Shown here: piece after piece, positions 62,684 through 64,000 of the stretch
Numbering within the stretch: position 1 is the stretch's first letter
How the letters are laid out: each line of letters opens with the position of its first letter
NCBI GenBank assembly: GCA_041645555.1
Contig: JBAZPX010000001.1
Coordinates: 204,731 to 268,730, forward strand
Reading direction: 5' to 3'
Origin: Patescibacteria group bacterium
GTDB taxonomy: Bacteria; Patescibacteriota; Patescibacteriia; Patescibacteriales; JAQTRU01
Length of the DNA: 64,000 nt
Position numbers and translations under genes: made by a program
The notes under the pieces: model-generated
Databases searched by the model: none
Told to the model about the DNA's origin: nothing
The model's input: only the letters and a program-made list of their open reading frames with translations

Positions 62684-64000
62684 ATGCTTCCAAAAAAATT
62701 CTCTCTACTTCTAATATTCTCCATTATCCTTACCCTAGGATTATCCATATCTCTAGGTTCTCTTCTAGCGGCCTGGACCGCTCCGGCTTCTACTCCTCCG
62801 GAAGGTAATATTGCCGCTCCGATTAACGCCGGCTATACTGCCCAAGCTAAAAAAGGCGGTTTAATCTTAAACACTGGCGAAGGCGGCGAAGCTATGCTTA
62901 ACGGCTTGATAGTTCAATTTGGCAATGTCGGCATTGGCACGACCAGCCCCCAAGCTAAATTAGAAGTAGTAGGCAATATTATTGCCGATGCTCCGACGGC
63001 CGGCAACCACTTAACTACCAAAGAATATGTTGATGCCATAGGCGGCGGTAGCTGTCTAGACCAATATCAGCATTCTTGGTGTACCGATCATCAAGGAGAA
63101 AAATGCGCTCGGAGCGGCACTATGGACTACAAATGCGTAGGCGATTTTTGCACTAAAGCCGGAATCTCCAATGATATGGACGGCGACGGGATAAGTGGCG
63201 CAACCGATTGTAATGATAATGACCCGACCATTGTCGCGGCCACTGACGGCACTTGCGACGGAGATGCGGACGGGAAAATTGACCAAACCGCCTATCTTGC
63301 TACCCCCAAACTAGCCGCGGCCGATTGTTATGACAGTAATCCCGCTAAATATTCTTGTTTAAGCAATGGTACAGTTTGCAGTAGTGGAATTTATTGCGCT
63401 TCCACTTATTGCGTAGATGGGTACTGTTGCAATAACGCTTGTACAGGAAGTACCTGCCAGACTTGCGGGATTTATTCAAGCAACGGAGTCGGCGCCTGCG
63501 GTTATATAAATAATTCTTCGCAAGATCCTGATAGCGAATGCAGTCAAGGTTCAGCCACTGGCGATGGCTGCCGTTCTAATTATTGTAGCGGCAATAGTTA
63601 TGCCTGCGGGATTCAAACCAGCGGAAATGGCGGATGCCCGGCTTGCCAGACATGCGCTGACTCCGATATTGCTTGCGAATATGAGACCGTCAGCACCGAT
63701 CCTGGTGATCGATGTCCGGCCATAACCTGTATGAATTATATTTATGGCTGGTCCGGAAATAGTTGTTTAAAATATTCTTCAAATACAGCCAACAACGGGT
63801 TATGCGACGGAGCTGGATCCTGTTATGGCGTAGCTAGTTCCTGTTCAGGCGCCGGGCTAATTTCTGCTTCTTGCGGGAACTCCCAATGCAATAAAGCCTG
63901 CGTCGCTAATTCCTTAGCCACTAGTTATGACACTGCGGCCGAAATATGTTATGTGAATAATGAGCCAGCTTCTTGCTCTACTGGTTATTCCTGCAGCCCA
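62684..64000 (+). CDS. Membrane-anchored cysteine-rich surface protein, paralog 3 (3' end outside window)
   Basis: Absent from the ORF track because no stop lies in the window. The ATG at 62684 is preceded by the same gtttattataaatattacataaaa leader as paralog 2. The frame is open to base 64000. Confidence 0.85.
   Translation, partial: MLPKKFSLLLIFSIILTLGLSISLGSLLAAWTAPASTPPEGNIAAPINAGYTAQAKKGGLILNTGEGGEAMLNGLIVQFGNVGIGTTSPQAKLEVVGNIIADAPTAGNHLTTKEYVDAIGGGSCLDQYQHSWCTDHQGEKCARSGTMDYKCVGDFCTKAGISNDMDGDGISGATDCNDNDPTIVAATDGTCDGDADGKIDQTAYLATPKLAAADCYDSNPAKYSCLSNGTVCSSGIYCASTYCVDGYCCNNACTGSTCQTCGIYSSNGVGACGYINNSSQDPDSECSQGSATGDGCRSNYCSGNSYACGIQTSGNGGCPACQTCADSDIACEYETVSTDPGDRCPAITCMNYIYGWSGNSCLKYSSNTANNGLCDGAGSCYGVASSCSGAGLISASCGNSQCNKACVANSLATSYDTAAEICYVNNEPASCSTGYSCSP

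Overview
The window looks like a streamlined, AT-rich, Patescibacteria/CPR-like bacterial chromosome; this placement is inferred from gene content. Almost all genes lie on the + strand. They include cell-wall genes (ftsW, murG, murC, murB, uppP), dnaE, thrS, parAB, truD, tgt and mnmA. There is an envelope glycosylation block (sugar transferase, two GT4 enzymes, Wzy-like/TPR proteins) and many secreted or surface proteins. RNA genes are RNase P RNA, tRNA-Leu(CAA) and a T-box leader. I saw no rRNA, CRISPR array, transposase or integrase. Five things stand out. (1) Small palindromic or IR-bounded mini-elements and 7-nt word arrays sit in frame inside essential genes (murG, murC, thrS, mnmA) and inside rnpB. 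(2) Nearly every intergenic spacer is built from 7-9 nt words arranged as long imperfect palindromes. (3) Four visibly GC-richer islands lie on the opposite strand. They carry orphan metabolic genes, including a divergent purE-like/purC-like/purB trio next to tRNA-Leu. (4) A GIY-YIG element and its ORF-less derivative bracket a glycine-rich surface-protein gene. (5) Three tandem mosaic cysteine-rich surface-protein paralogs share a near-identical 5' module. All coordinates, alignments and GC counts were made by eye and need computational confirmation.
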